From an uncultured Candidatus Saccharibacteria bacterium (lineage in GTDB: Bacteria; Patescibacteriota; Doudnabacteria; UBA920), in the NCBI GenBank assembly GCA_964650255.1, contig CAZYQT010000005.1, positions 2,006 to 66,005 of the forward strand: a DNA stretch of 64,000 nt, in the 5' to 3' direction. The notes under the pieces are model-generated. The model was not told the origin of the DNA. It saw only the letters and a program-made list of their open reading frames with translations, and ran no database searches. This document shows positions 48,392 through 56,853 of the stretch, in pieces; the stretch's first letter is position 1, and each line of letters starts with the position of its first letter. Both the position numbers and the translations under genes were made by a program.

Positions 48392-49150
48392 TTAAACTCC
48401 AAAAGTAGTTTGAGTACTGACTGGTTTTGGCTTGTTTGCTTGTTCACGCCTCCAGACATTTGCCTCATGATAAGATTCTATTGTACCAGCGTCAATCCAG
48501 GCCCCTTTCATAATCTCAGCTTTTAAGATGCCCTTTTCGCGGTACCAGTTATTTAAATCAGTAATTTCTAGTTCACCGCGAGCAGATGGTCTTTGTCCCT
48601 TAGCTGCCCCAACAACCTGATTGTCGTAAATGTAGATTCCAGTTTGGGCATACGGTGATTTGGGATGCATAGGTTTTTCTTCAATATCCAAAACTTTATT
48701 ATCTTTGTCTAAGATTACGTTACCCAATCGACTGCGCTCCTCGACCGGCACTTCTTTTACAAAAATTGTTGCCCCAGATTGAAAGTTTGTAATTGCATCG
48801 GTAATGGAATCTTCAAAAATATTATCACCTAAAATAAGAGTGACGTTATCGCCATCGTCCAAAAAGTTTTCGCCTATAATAAAGGCTTGCGCCAGGCCAT
48901 CAGGCTTGTCCTGAATTTCATAGGTAAATTTTGCACCAAAATCTTTACCAGAGCCTAATACGCGCATGTAGTCGCCGCAATGATCCGGAGCAACAATAAT
49001 TAAAATTTCTCTAACGCCGGCTTCGACCAATTTTTCAATTGGATAGAAGATCATTGGCTTATCATAAATTGGCAACAACTGCTTCGATGTTACCTTGGTT
49101 AGGGGATATAGCCTTGTTCCTAAGCCTCCGGAAAGAATGATGCCTTTCAT
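48392..49150 (-). CDS. rmlA: Glucose-1-phosphate thymidylyltransferase, short form
   Basis: GGLGTRLYPLT nucleotide-binding motif and RmlA-like core. 252 aa. Confidence 0.85.
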   Translation of the reverse strand: MKGIILSGGLGTRLYPLTKVTSKQLLPIYDKPMIFYPIEKLVEAGVREILIIVAPDHCGDYMRVLGSGKDFGAKFTYEIQDKPDGLAQAFIIGENFLDDGDNVTLILGDNIFEDSITDAITNFQSGATIFVKEVPVEERSRLGNVILDKDNKVLDIEEKPMHPKSPYAQTGIYIYDNQVVGAAKGQRPSARGELEITDLNNWYREKGILKAEIMKGAWIDAGTIESYHEANVWRREQANKPKPVSTQTTFGV

Positions 49151-49157
49151 TTATGTA

Positions 49158-50066
49158 TTATTTCACTAGACTTAATTTGTAATCTGTTTCTTGTTGCGTT
49201 TCTTCAAGAATTTCTTGGGCACGTTCGAGATTGGCCTTGAATTCTGGGAGTAGGCGACGCAATCGGGATTCGATTTCTTCCAACTCAATACCGAGCGCTT
49301 TTAATTTTGATGTATTTAGCACGCAGTCAACGCGCGTGGCAAGAGTCATGGCATTCAACTCATCTTTGGAGATTATGCTAATTTCCATATCGGGTTTTAC
49401 CAATTCTTTTAACAGCTGTGCCAAGCGGAATGGGGTCATAATTCCTGGGTTAGTAATATTGTAGAGTCCTTCTGCTCGAAGACCAATTAATTTATCCGTT
49501 ACTTCTATTAAGTCTTCAACAATCGTCATCGAATTAGCTGTATCAATGAATTTGTTGTAGGTTAAAAGCTTTGTTAAAGCATTTCGTTTATTTGCTTTGG
49601 CACTCATAAGCTGTCGGCCGCGAAGTAGGAGTACTTTTAGCCCTTGGCGTGCAGCGCGTTCCATAAGCAAATTTTCTGCCCAGACTTTTGTCCAAGAGTA
49701 AAAGGCCAAAGGATGAGCTGGGTCATCCTCAGTGTGGACAATATCTGCTGACTGACTTTCTTGCACGCAGCCGCTTGAGAGGTGCACTAGATAAACACCT
49801 GCTTCTTGGCAAGCTCGCCCAATTGTATCAGAGCCTAAAGTATTAACATCGAAGCACTCTAATTGATTCTGCTCACACCAGTCCAAGTTGGTTTTACCAG
49901 CGCAATTAATGACAACGTCTGGTTGAAAGTCTGCAATGGCGCTACTAACTTGATCAAAATTGCGTATGTCCACGTCTTGATCGATGGCCACTTCCTCACC
50001 TTTTTCTAGGTAGTATTCTTCATAGGCTTGGCCAAGTTGCCCTCGGCCGAATATTAGTACTTTCAT
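49158..50066 (-). CDS. rmlD: dTDP-4-dehydrorhamnose reductase-like (RmlD family SDR / 4-ketoreductase)
   Basis: Rossmann N-terminus (KVLIFGRGQLG) and YxxxK (YSWTK). RmlD-like length. Confidence 0.7.
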   Translation of the reverse strand: MKVLIFGRGQLGQAYEEYYLEKGEEVAIDQDVDIRNFDQVSSAIADFQPDVVINCAGKTNLDWCEQNQLECFDVNTLGSDTIGRACQEAGVYLVHLSSGCVQESQSADIVHTEDDPAHPLAFYSWTKVWAENLLMERAARQGLKVLLLRGRQLMSAKANKRNALTKLLTYNKFIDTANSMTIVEDLIEVTDKLIGLRAEGLYNITNPGIMTPFRLAQLLKELVKPDMEISIISKDELNAMTLATRVDCVLNTSKLKALGIELEEIESRLRRLLPEFKANLERAQEILEETQQETDYKLSLVK

Positions 50067-50092
50067 ATTTTTGTAGTTAATTTGTTGATGGG

Positions 50093-51109
50093 TTATTTTT
50101 TGTTCACTACTGCTTCGCCTCGCTTGGCGTACAGTGCCTCACTTTCTTCAGCCAGTGCCTGCCAAATGTGTTGGTTGGCAATATACCATTCAATAGTTTG
50201 TTTTAGCCATTCTTCAAAGTTATGCAATGGCTCCCAACCGAGTTCGTTTTTTATTACACTCCAGTCAACGTCATACTTTTGATCATGTCCAGGCCGGTCA
50301 GTTACATATTCAATGCGACTCTCTGGCAAGTCCATTAGTTTTAAAATTAATTTGGCAACATCTTCATTTTTAATTCCTTCAGTCATCCCGCCAACAGTGT
50401 AAGTTCGGCCTGGCTCACCTTTCAATAGAATTAATTCAATTGCTCGGCAATGATCATTAACATGTAACCAATCACGAACTTGATTGCCTGGTGTATAAAC
50501 GCGAATGTTGTTGCCGTTCAGAAGGCGGGCGATAGAGCGCGGGATAAACTTTTCTGGATACATCCGCGGACCAAAGTTATTACTGGCATTACTGATGGTA
50601 ACCGGTAAGCCATAAGTTTTGTGGTAAGCTCTCACCATGTGATCACTTCCGGCTTTGCTGGCCGAATAGGGGCTATTGGGTTTGTAGGTTGTATCCGCGG
50701 TAAACTTCCAATCTTCTTCTAAAGGGATATGGCCGAAAACTTCATCAGTAGAAATATGGTGGAATCTTTTTATGCCCAGTTCGCGAGCCACTTCTAACAA
50801 CACATGAGTTCCTAATACGTTTGTGCGGGTAAAAAGAAATGGATCATGAATGCTTCGGTCGACATGGCTTTCTGCGGCGAAGTGTACTACGCAATCGCAG
50901 CCGGACATGGCTCGGCGAACAACGTCTGGATCTGTAATATCACCTTCAATAAAAGTGATGGAGTCGTTGTGTGGGTCAAGGTTAGCTCTGTTGCCAGCAT
51001 AAGTAAGTTTGTCTAAAACAACGATTTCGTCGTTGGGATAGTGTTTGCGCCAGTGATGCACAAAATTAGAGCCAATAAAGCCGGCACCGCCAGTAATCAG
51101 TAATTTCAT
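50093..51109 (-). CDS. rmlB: dTDP-glucose 4,6-dehydratase
   Basis: TGGAGFIGSN, catalytic YSASK and RmlB-like overall sequence. Confidence 0.9.
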   Translation of the reverse strand: MKLLITGGAGFIGSNFVHHWRKHYPNDEIVVLDKLTYAGNRANLDPHNDSITFIEGDITDPDVVRRAMSGCDCVVHFAAESHVDRSIHDPFLFTRTNVLGTHVLLEVARELGIKRFHHISTDEVFGHIPLEEDWKFTADTTYKPNSPYSASKAGSDHMVRAYHKTYGLPVTISNASNNFGPRMYPEKFIPRSIARLLNGNNIRVYTPGNQVRDWLHVNDHCRAIELILLKGEPGRTYTVGGMTEGIKNEDVAKLILKLMDLPESRIEYVTDRPGHDQKYDVDWSVIKNELGWEPLHNFEEWLKQTIEWYIANQHIWQALAEESEALYAKRGEAVVNKK

Positions 51110-51178
51110 TCCTGTATTTTAGCAAAAATTGGCTCCCATTGAAAATTAAAAATCTCATAGCATATTGAGCAGTATCGA

Positions 51179-51207
51179 TTGACAAAACCAAAAAATATCA
51201 TTATAAT
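51179..51207 (+). promoter_or_regulatory. Consensus sigma-70 promoter upstream of the sortase-domain gene
   Basis: TTGACA, a 17-nt spacer, then TATAAT (perfect hexamers). Confidence 0.55.
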
Positions 51208-51244
51208 AACTGGTTATTAAAATTGTGATATACTTAAAACAGTT

Positions 51245-52678
51245 ATGGCTAATTCACCAGACAATCAAGACGATAAAAAACACATGGCTGCTAGCGATTC
51301 TATGCGTGAGTTTTTGAATATGGGGAGTAAGGAAGGCGAACTGTCACCGTCGATCGATCTTTCAGCCAATAGTGATTCGAAATCTGTAGAGGCGCAACAG
51401 ATTGGGGAGCTGCCACCAGACCTGCCGTTTTTAGATACTTTAGAAGAACCAGGAGAAGATTCAGAAGCTCCTTCGCAGACATCACCAAATACTCCGCCCA
51501 GCCCAGCTGGACCAGTGGAGCAAATTCTTGGGCCTGCTGCAGACAAAGGCAACGAAGGCTATGCTTTCGTTCTGTGGTTAGTAAAATCAATCGCTCCCTA
51601 CGTGGTAATTTTTGCGATCGGTTTAGGGTTGTACTTTTTCTATTTTAGCGACTTTTCATTTACTAGTGTTTTCAAAACCAACAGCATCACCCTAGAAAAG
51701 GTGACCAGCTCTTCCAATAAGGATTTGGAAAAACTGAAGAGTGACCAGAAAGAAGAATATTTAAAATGGATGTCGCAATTCTTTTTCGCGGTAAATGATG
51801 ATGCGATTATTTCTATGGATGCCGATGTTTCGGGGAATGGTTTGTCTAACTTTGAAAAGTATTTGTTGGATTTAAATCCAAAAGTTTACAGTACTCGCGG
51901 TACCAGTAAGCCCGATGGCGAGTTGGTAGCTGAAGGAATTAACCCTTGGACCGGTAAGCCTTTCACAGACAAGCAAAAAGAATTAGTTGATAAATACATT
52001 AGCAAAGAGTTAGTCAGCAACCGCATTACCGCGGCAGCGTTGAATCGTGGTGTAACTAAGTTTGCACAATATGTAAACGAAGACTCTCCTTATTACATAG
52101 ATCCGAACACGCTTAAGGAAACAGCGAACAATCCTGCCAATGAAACCCAGAACAATGAGATTGCTCATAACGCAGCTCAGCAGGCGAATTCACCTTCGGC
52201 AGGTAACATCAATCCCGGAAGCGATATTAATCAATCTATCCCAGGACACTTAGACATTCCGGCGAATAACATTTCCGTGCCTCTCATTTGGACTAAGGAT
52301 GTGAAAGATTTTGACAAAGATTTAAAGAATGGCGTGGTGCACTATCCAGGCACTGCTTTGCCTGGACAGTTGGGGACTAGTTATATTTCTGGTCACTCGA
52401 GCGGGTACCTTTGGGATAAGAGTGCATACAAAGAAGTCTTTGCTATTTTGGGAAATGTAACTGATGGTACTTCGTTTACTATCACGGCTACTTTAAATAA
52501 TGGCCAAAAGGTTCGCTATGACTATGTGGTTACTGGTCGAGGAGAGTTTGCTGCTAACGATCAGGCCCAGTTTGTGAATACTGCTGATTCCATGGTGGCT
52601 TTGTCTACTTGCTGGCCAGTGGGAACTACAGCGCGTCGTCTAGTTTTGTTCGCAAAATTAGTCCAAACTAGCCAATAA
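51245..52678 (+). CDS. Sortase-family transpeptidase with a long N-terminal disordered region and one TM
   Basis: C-terminal domain carries the sortase catalytic triad context: YISGHSS (His), ALSTCWP (TLxTC-like Cys), TTARRLV (Arg). The N-terminus is Pro/Ser/Glu-rich followed by a TM helix. Confidence 0.7.
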   Translation: MANSPDNQDDKKHMAASDSMREFLNMGSKEGELSPSIDLSANSDSKSVEAQQIGELPPDLPFLDTLEEPGEDSEAPSQTSPNTPPSPAGPVEQILGPAADKGNEGYAFVLWLVKSIAPYVVIFAIGLGLYFFYFSDFSFTSVFKTNSITLEKVTSSSNKDLEKLKSDQKEEYLKWMSQFFFAVNDDAIISMDADVSGNGLSNFEKYLLDLNPKVYSTRGTSKPDGELVAEGINPWTGKPFTDKQKELVDKYISKELVSNRITAAALNRGVTKFAQYVNEDSPYYIDPNTLKETANNPANETQNNEIAHNAAQQANSPSAGNINPGSDINQSIPGHLDIPANNISVPLIWTKDVKDFDKDLKNGVVHYPGTALPGQLGTSYISGHSSGYLWDKSAYKEVFAILGNVTDGTSFTITATLNNGQKVRYDYVVTGRGEFAANDQAQFVNTADSMVALSTCWPVGTTARRLVLFAKLVQTSQ

Positions 52679-52692
52679 TACTCTAATAATAT

Positions 52693-52722
52693 AAAAAGCC
52701 TCATAAATATGAGGCTTTTTAT
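52693..52722 (+). terminator. Rho-independent terminator
   Basis: AAAAGCCTCAT-aaat-ATGAGGCTTTTT. Confidence 0.65.
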
Positions 52723-52793
52723 TGTTGCTTTATATGCTGTATAGGCATAAAATAATATGATTTCCTCTGTTTTGATAGGGAAATCATCAGCTA

Positions 52794-52822
52794 TTGACAA
52801 GACATGGCTTTTGTGCTATACT
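52794..52822 (+). promoter_or_regulatory. Near-consensus sigma-70 promoter
   Basis: TTGACA, a 17-nt spacer, then TATACT with TGc extended -10. Confidence 0.55.
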
Positions 52823-52828
52823 GTTTGG

Positions 52829-53039
52829 TCATAGTTGAGTTCAGTTATGACAGATAGATTATTGCTCATCACCTCGAAATATTTACTTAGTCGAGCGTTT
52901 GGTGAGCACTGATCTGTCTAACAAGCTTGTATAGTTGTTGGGCGGCACCGCAAGGTGGCAGCAGCGTGCTGCAACCGCTTTAACGCGGTGTAGAAATTTT
53001 GCACATACTATTTTCAAATCGGGGGTTTAATTAAAAATC
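52829..53039 (+). ncRNA. Candidate structured, GC-rich 5' leader or cis-regulatory RNA (~210 nt)
   Basis: Predicted stems GTCAT...ATGAC, GCTCATCACCTCGA...TCGAGCGTTTGGTGAGC, a GNRA hairpin CACC-GCAA-GGTG, GCAGCA-GCG-TGCTGC, and mutually exclusive GCGG/CCGC versus ACCGC/GCGGT pairings. No ORF. Lies between the promoter and the RBS of the next gene. Confidence 0.3.
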
Positions 53040-53996
53040 ATGAAGTATATTTCACTTCTTTTCGTTGCGTTCATTTTCATTGCTTTCGCTGATGTTGCGA
53101 ATGCTCAAATCGTTAAAGACAAGCGTCGGGCGATAAGCCTTGGCACTTGCGTGGACATCGACCAGCTGCCTCAAGACGTTCAGGATCTCCTGGAGAATTC
53201 TGACCTTGATGAGTACGTTGATGAGTCGTCGCTCGACGGTATGGGGCCAAACAAGGTTCGTAATGCCGGCTGGGCAACAGTTGGTGTTTGGAATGAGAGA
53301 CCAGGCAATAAGCATCATAAAACGCAGTTTTGTTTTTCTGTTCTCGACGGCGATGCCGACGTTTGGACTCTGAACGGCGACAGGAATCCACAAGTTGGTT
53401 ATCTTGATAAATGTCTTAAAGACGGTAAACGAACTTTCAAAAATCGCATCCTCGTTCCACCCTCAAAGGTGGTAACAAAGGAAAAGATCGAGTTTAAGGA
53501 TAAGATCGTGTATAAGGACAAACTTGTCGAGAAGGATTGCCCGGAATGCCCGGATGATACTAAACTTGTCGAGGTCACAACTGGCAAGGAACGCTTAACT
53601 GGTGGGCTTAAGGGCACTGCTGTTTCGGCAGGAATTGCTTGCACAATCTCGGGGATTATAAATAAGTCCCTTAGGGACTGCGCAATTGATGCAGCTATAT
53701 CGGCAGGTGGTAATCGTGTTGCTCAGGCCGTTAATCCTTCACCCAATGCTGTCCGCGCTTATTGCGATGGAGAGAATAAGGTTTTCAAAAGAGGGAATGG
53801 CGGTAAGGTAGGCGGTTGTCAGCTGGAATGGGAAGGCAATACAGCCGTGTTGAAATTTGATGGCAAAGAGTGCAAATCACGCACCCTCGGCCACAATCTT
53901 AATACAACTGTTTTCGCGATTGAACGAAACAACGGACCATCCTCAACTCGGAAAACAATCAATACCCAGACACGTCGAGTTCGTGTTGTTAGGTAG
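53040..53996 (+). CDS. Hypothetical secreted Cys-rich protein (318 aa), GC-rich
   Basis: Signal peptide (LLFVAFIFIAFADVANA), about 14 Cys, a KDK-rich mid-region, no recognised family. GC is higher than neighbouring genes. Confidence 0.6.
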   Translation: MKYISLLFVAFIFIAFADVANAQIVKDKRRAISLGTCVDIDQLPQDVQDLLENSDLDEYVDESSLDGMGPNKVRNAGWATVGVWNERPGNKHHKTQFCFSVLDGDADVWTLNGDRNPQVGYLDKCLKDGKRTFKNRILVPPSKVVTKEKIEFKDKIVYKDKLVEKDCPECPDDTKLVEVTTGKERLTGGLKGTAVSAGIACTISGIINKSLRDCAIDAAISAGGNRVAQAVNPSPNAVRAYCDGENKVFKRGNGGKVGGCQLEWEGNTAVLKFDGKECKSRTLGHNLNTTVFAIERNNGPSSTRKTINTQTRRVRVVR

Positions 53997-54026
53997 CCGA
54001 TCCTGTACTTCATGAACCCTTAGCAA

Positions 54027-54062
54027 AAGCGGGCAATCTTCAATGATTGCCTGCTTTTTTCA
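54027..54062 (+). terminator. Rho-independent terminator
   Basis: GCGGGCAATC-ttcaat-GATTGCCTGC followed by TTTTTT. Confidence 0.6.
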
Positions 54063-54123
54063 TACCCATTTTTATCTATCAACCAGAATTTGCTATACTA
54101 ATGGCAAGTAAAACTCTAAAAAA

Positions 54124-54861
54124 ATGAAAAAATTATCTGTGGTAATTCCGGCCTACAATGAGGAAAAACGGATTACCGCCACCCTTAAGAGCGTTGATCA
54201 TTATCTCGAAAAGCAAAAGTACGACTATGAGATAATCGTTATCGACAATAATAGTAAGGATCGTACCAGCGAAGTCGTTAAAAAGTTAGAAGCAACTACT
54301 GTGCAAAAGTCTTCGGTGGTCTTGGTAAAAAATCCCGGCAAGGGCGCAGCGGTAAAAGCTGGCCTCCTGGAATCTGCCAAGGGCGACATTGTTATGTTTA
54401 TGGACGCAGATAATGCTACCCCAATTTCGGAAATCGAAAAGTTTTTGCCTTACTTCGATCAAGGCTACGACGTAGTAATTGGATCACGCTATACGAACCC
54501 GGATTTGGTTAAAGTTCACCAGCCCCTCTATAGAATTATTTTGTCTCGTATGAGTAACTTACTGATTCAGTTTTTGGCCGTACCAGGGATTAAAGATACC
54601 CAGCTTGGCTTTAAAGCTTTCACAGCAAAAGCAGCAAAAGATATTTTCCCTTTTGTGACTGTGCCTCGGTGGGGTTTTGATATGGAAGTACTTACTGTTG
54701 CCAATGCTCGTGGCTACAAAATTAAAGAAGTCGGTGTGTCTTGGACAGAGCATGGCGGCGGGCACGTGCCTTTAAAAGCTTATATTGAATCTCTTATAGA
54801 TTTATTAAAAATAAAAGTTCGTTCAATGTCGGGTCGTTACACTGCGAAACGACCAGCCTAA
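54124..54861 (+). CDS. Polyprenol-phosphate glycosyltransferase (GT2; Dpm1/GtrB/ArnC-like)
   Basis: LSVVIPAYNEEKRI...IIVIDNNSKDRT...FMDADNATP...QLGFKAF, a typical DPM1-like sequence. TTGCTATACT lies upstream at 54090-54099. Confidence 0.8.
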   Translation: MKKLSVVIPAYNEEKRITATLKSVDHYLEKQKYDYEIIVIDNNSKDRTSEVVKKLEATTVQKSSVVLVKNPGKGAAVKAGLLESAKGDIVMFMDADNATPISEIEKFLPYFDQGYDVVIGSRYTNPDLVKVHQPLYRIILSRMSNLLIQFLAVPGIKDTQLGFKAFTAKAAKDIFPFVTVPRWGFDMEVLTVANARGYKIKEVGVSWTEHGGGHVPLKAYIESLIDLLKIKVRSMSGRYTAKRPA

Positions 54862-54876
54862 TCTATTCATCAACAA

Positions 54877-56760
54877 ATGTTAAAACTAAAACTAAAATTA
54901 TTGGTATGTGTTTTAACTGCCACTTCCATTGTCGGAAGTGGGTTTTTTGCTATGCCTGCCAAAGCTGCAGACAAACAAGTTGCAGCTGTACGCCATGATT
55001 TCGTAATCAAATTAAAATCATCCGACGCTCAAATCCTAAAAGCCTTACCAGGCATTACCAATATTCAGCCGGTATTCATTAATGCCCAAAGTGATATCCT
55101 TTCTAATACCTATACTTTTAGTTCAACATCTTCACTAGAAGTTCTGCGCCAAACCTTCGAAGGGTTGTACCAATATCTGGACGCCAACGATCCCATAACA
55201 GATTCTGCAATCAAAACTTCTGGCAAAGCCAAAAAGGTATTACCTAACGACCCATTTTTTACCCAGAATGCTGTTAATGTAGATAAGCAGTGGGGATTGG
55301 TAAAAGCAAATTTTATCACTGCCTGGGAAACGAGCCTGGGGAAGCGCAGCACTGTAGTAGCGGTGATTGATACGGGCATTGATGGTACGCACGAAGATTT
55401 CGAGCACACTAAGTTTGTTGGCGGGTACAACACTATCACCAAAAAAACTCTTGTTGCTGGTGGGAACTCAGACGATAACGGCCACGGTACACTAATAGCA
55501 GGAGTAATTGCCGCTTCGACAGATAACAAAACTGGTATTGCTGGTGCGGCCTCCGGTGTTTCTTTAATGGCGGTTAAAGCTTTAAATTCTAGTGGCAGCG
55601 GCAGTTCATCAAAAATTTCTGAAGCTATTGTTTGGGCCGCCGACCATAATGCCGATGTAATTAATCTTTCTTTGGGTGGTATTGGATTTGGTCACGATAC
55701 TGTGTTAGCAAGTGCCATCACTTATGCCTTTAATAAAAATGTTGTGATTGTTGCAGCGGCTGGCAATGATGTTGCTATTACTGGAGGGAACCTCGATAAA
55801 GATCCAGTGTTTCCGATTTGTGATGATAATGGTCAGAACATGGTGATTGGTGTAACTGCCACAGACAGCAATGACCTCAAGCCATCGTTTGCTAATTACG
55901 GAAAGGCTTGTGTAGATGTTTCCGCTCCAGGCAAGCGCATTTTGTCCACTGTTAACCATGATCCAACTACAGGCCGCGAAGCCCCCGATGCTTACGCTTA
56001 CGCCTCTGGTACATCACTAGCAGTGCCGTTTGTAAGTGCTCAGGCGGGATTGCTTCGTTCAGTATTTCCAAGGGCCACTAATCGACAGATTAGAGACCGT
56101 ATTATCGGCACTGCAGACAGTATCGATGCTCTTAATTTAAGCCAGTGTGGTGACCAGTCTTGCGCTGGTTATCTAGGCGGGGGTCGTATTAATGCTGCAA
56201 AGAGTTTAGAGGCAAAGTTTGCGGATCTTGCTGATGGTGATGTCATTCAGGTTAAAGGAACATCAGAATATTTCTATATTAATGGCGGTAAGAGACAGCC
56301 GATCAGCCCCTTTGTTAAAGGACAGCGATTTGCAAGTGCGAAAATAAAAATAGTTCCACTTTCAGAGTTAGAGGATTTTCCAGAGGGGTCATATGCAGAG
56401 CCGTTAGACGGTACACTGGTGAAGAGTCCAAATGAAGGCGCTGTCTATTATATGCAAGATGGTTTGCGCCGACCATTAACAGCGCAGGTTTTTTCTATGC
56501 GTGGATTTAAGTTTTCCGATATTGTTACTTTGACCAACGTTGAGGTTGGGTCGTGGATTGAAGGTAGTTTCTTAGCCCCTCCAGATGGAACGATCGTTCG
56601 AGGCAAAACCAACCCAACTATTTATTGGACAGTCAACGGAATCATTCATCCGATCAACTATGAATTTTTCGTCAACCGTGGATTGAACGCGCTGCCTATT
56701 ATTTATTTTCCAGATGGTGATGTTGCTAAATTTCCACATGGCGACCCATATGTTTTGTAA
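54877..56760 (+). CDS. Secreted subtilisin-like serine peptidase (S8) with C-terminal ~57 aa repeats
   Basis: Asp (VAVIDTGID), His (HGTLIAG) and Ser (GTSLAVPFV) catalytic motifs, a signal peptide, and three C-terminal repeats (...YFYINGGKRQPISPFVKGQRF...). Confidence 0.85.
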   Translation: MLKLKLKLLVCVLTATSIVGSGFFAMPAKAADKQVAAVRHDFVIKLKSSDAQILKALPGITNIQPVFINAQSDILSNTYTFSSTSSLEVLRQTFEGLYQYLDANDPITDSAIKTSGKAKKVLPNDPFFTQNAVNVDKQWGLVKANFITAWETSLGKRSTVVAVIDTGIDGTHEDFEHTKFVGGYNTITKKTLVAGGNSDDNGHGTLIAGVIAASTDNKTGIAGAASGVSLMAVKALNSSGSGSSSKISEAIVWAADHNADVINLSLGGIGFGHDTVLASAITYAFNKNVVIVAAAGNDVAITGGNLDKDPVFPICDDNGQNMVIGVTATDSNDLKPSFANYGKACVDVSAPGKRILSTVNHDPTTGREAPDAYAYASGTSLAVPFVSAQAGLLRSVFPRATNRQIRDRIIGTADSIDALNLSQCGDQSCAGYLGGGRINAAKSLEAKFADLADGDVIQVKGTSEYFYINGGKRQPISPFVKGQRFASAKIKIVPLSELEDFPEGSYAEPLDGTLVKSPNEGAVYYMQDGLRRPLTAQVFSMRGFKFSDIVTLTNVEVGSWIEGSFLAPPDGTIVRGKTNPTIYWTVNGIIHPINYEFFVNRGLNALPIIYFPDGDVAKFPHGDPYVL

Positions 56761-56853
56761 TACATAGTGCAGTTGATTTTCACCTCGAAATCTTATATTG
56801 TAATAACAGCAAAGTTTAGCCGTCTAAAATAATAGGTTCGCAATTATTTACTT

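Noticed and set aside
52930-53000. Possible SRP (4.5S) RNA: CCGCAAGGTGGCAGCAGC loosely resembles the SRP helix-8 CCGGAAGGAAGCAGCC
   Set aside because: Only a short partial match. The flanking conserved SRP features (symmetric and asymmetric loops, closing helix) are not evident, and there is no terminator before the downstream ORF. I kept it as a leader-RNA candidate pending an Infernal scan.
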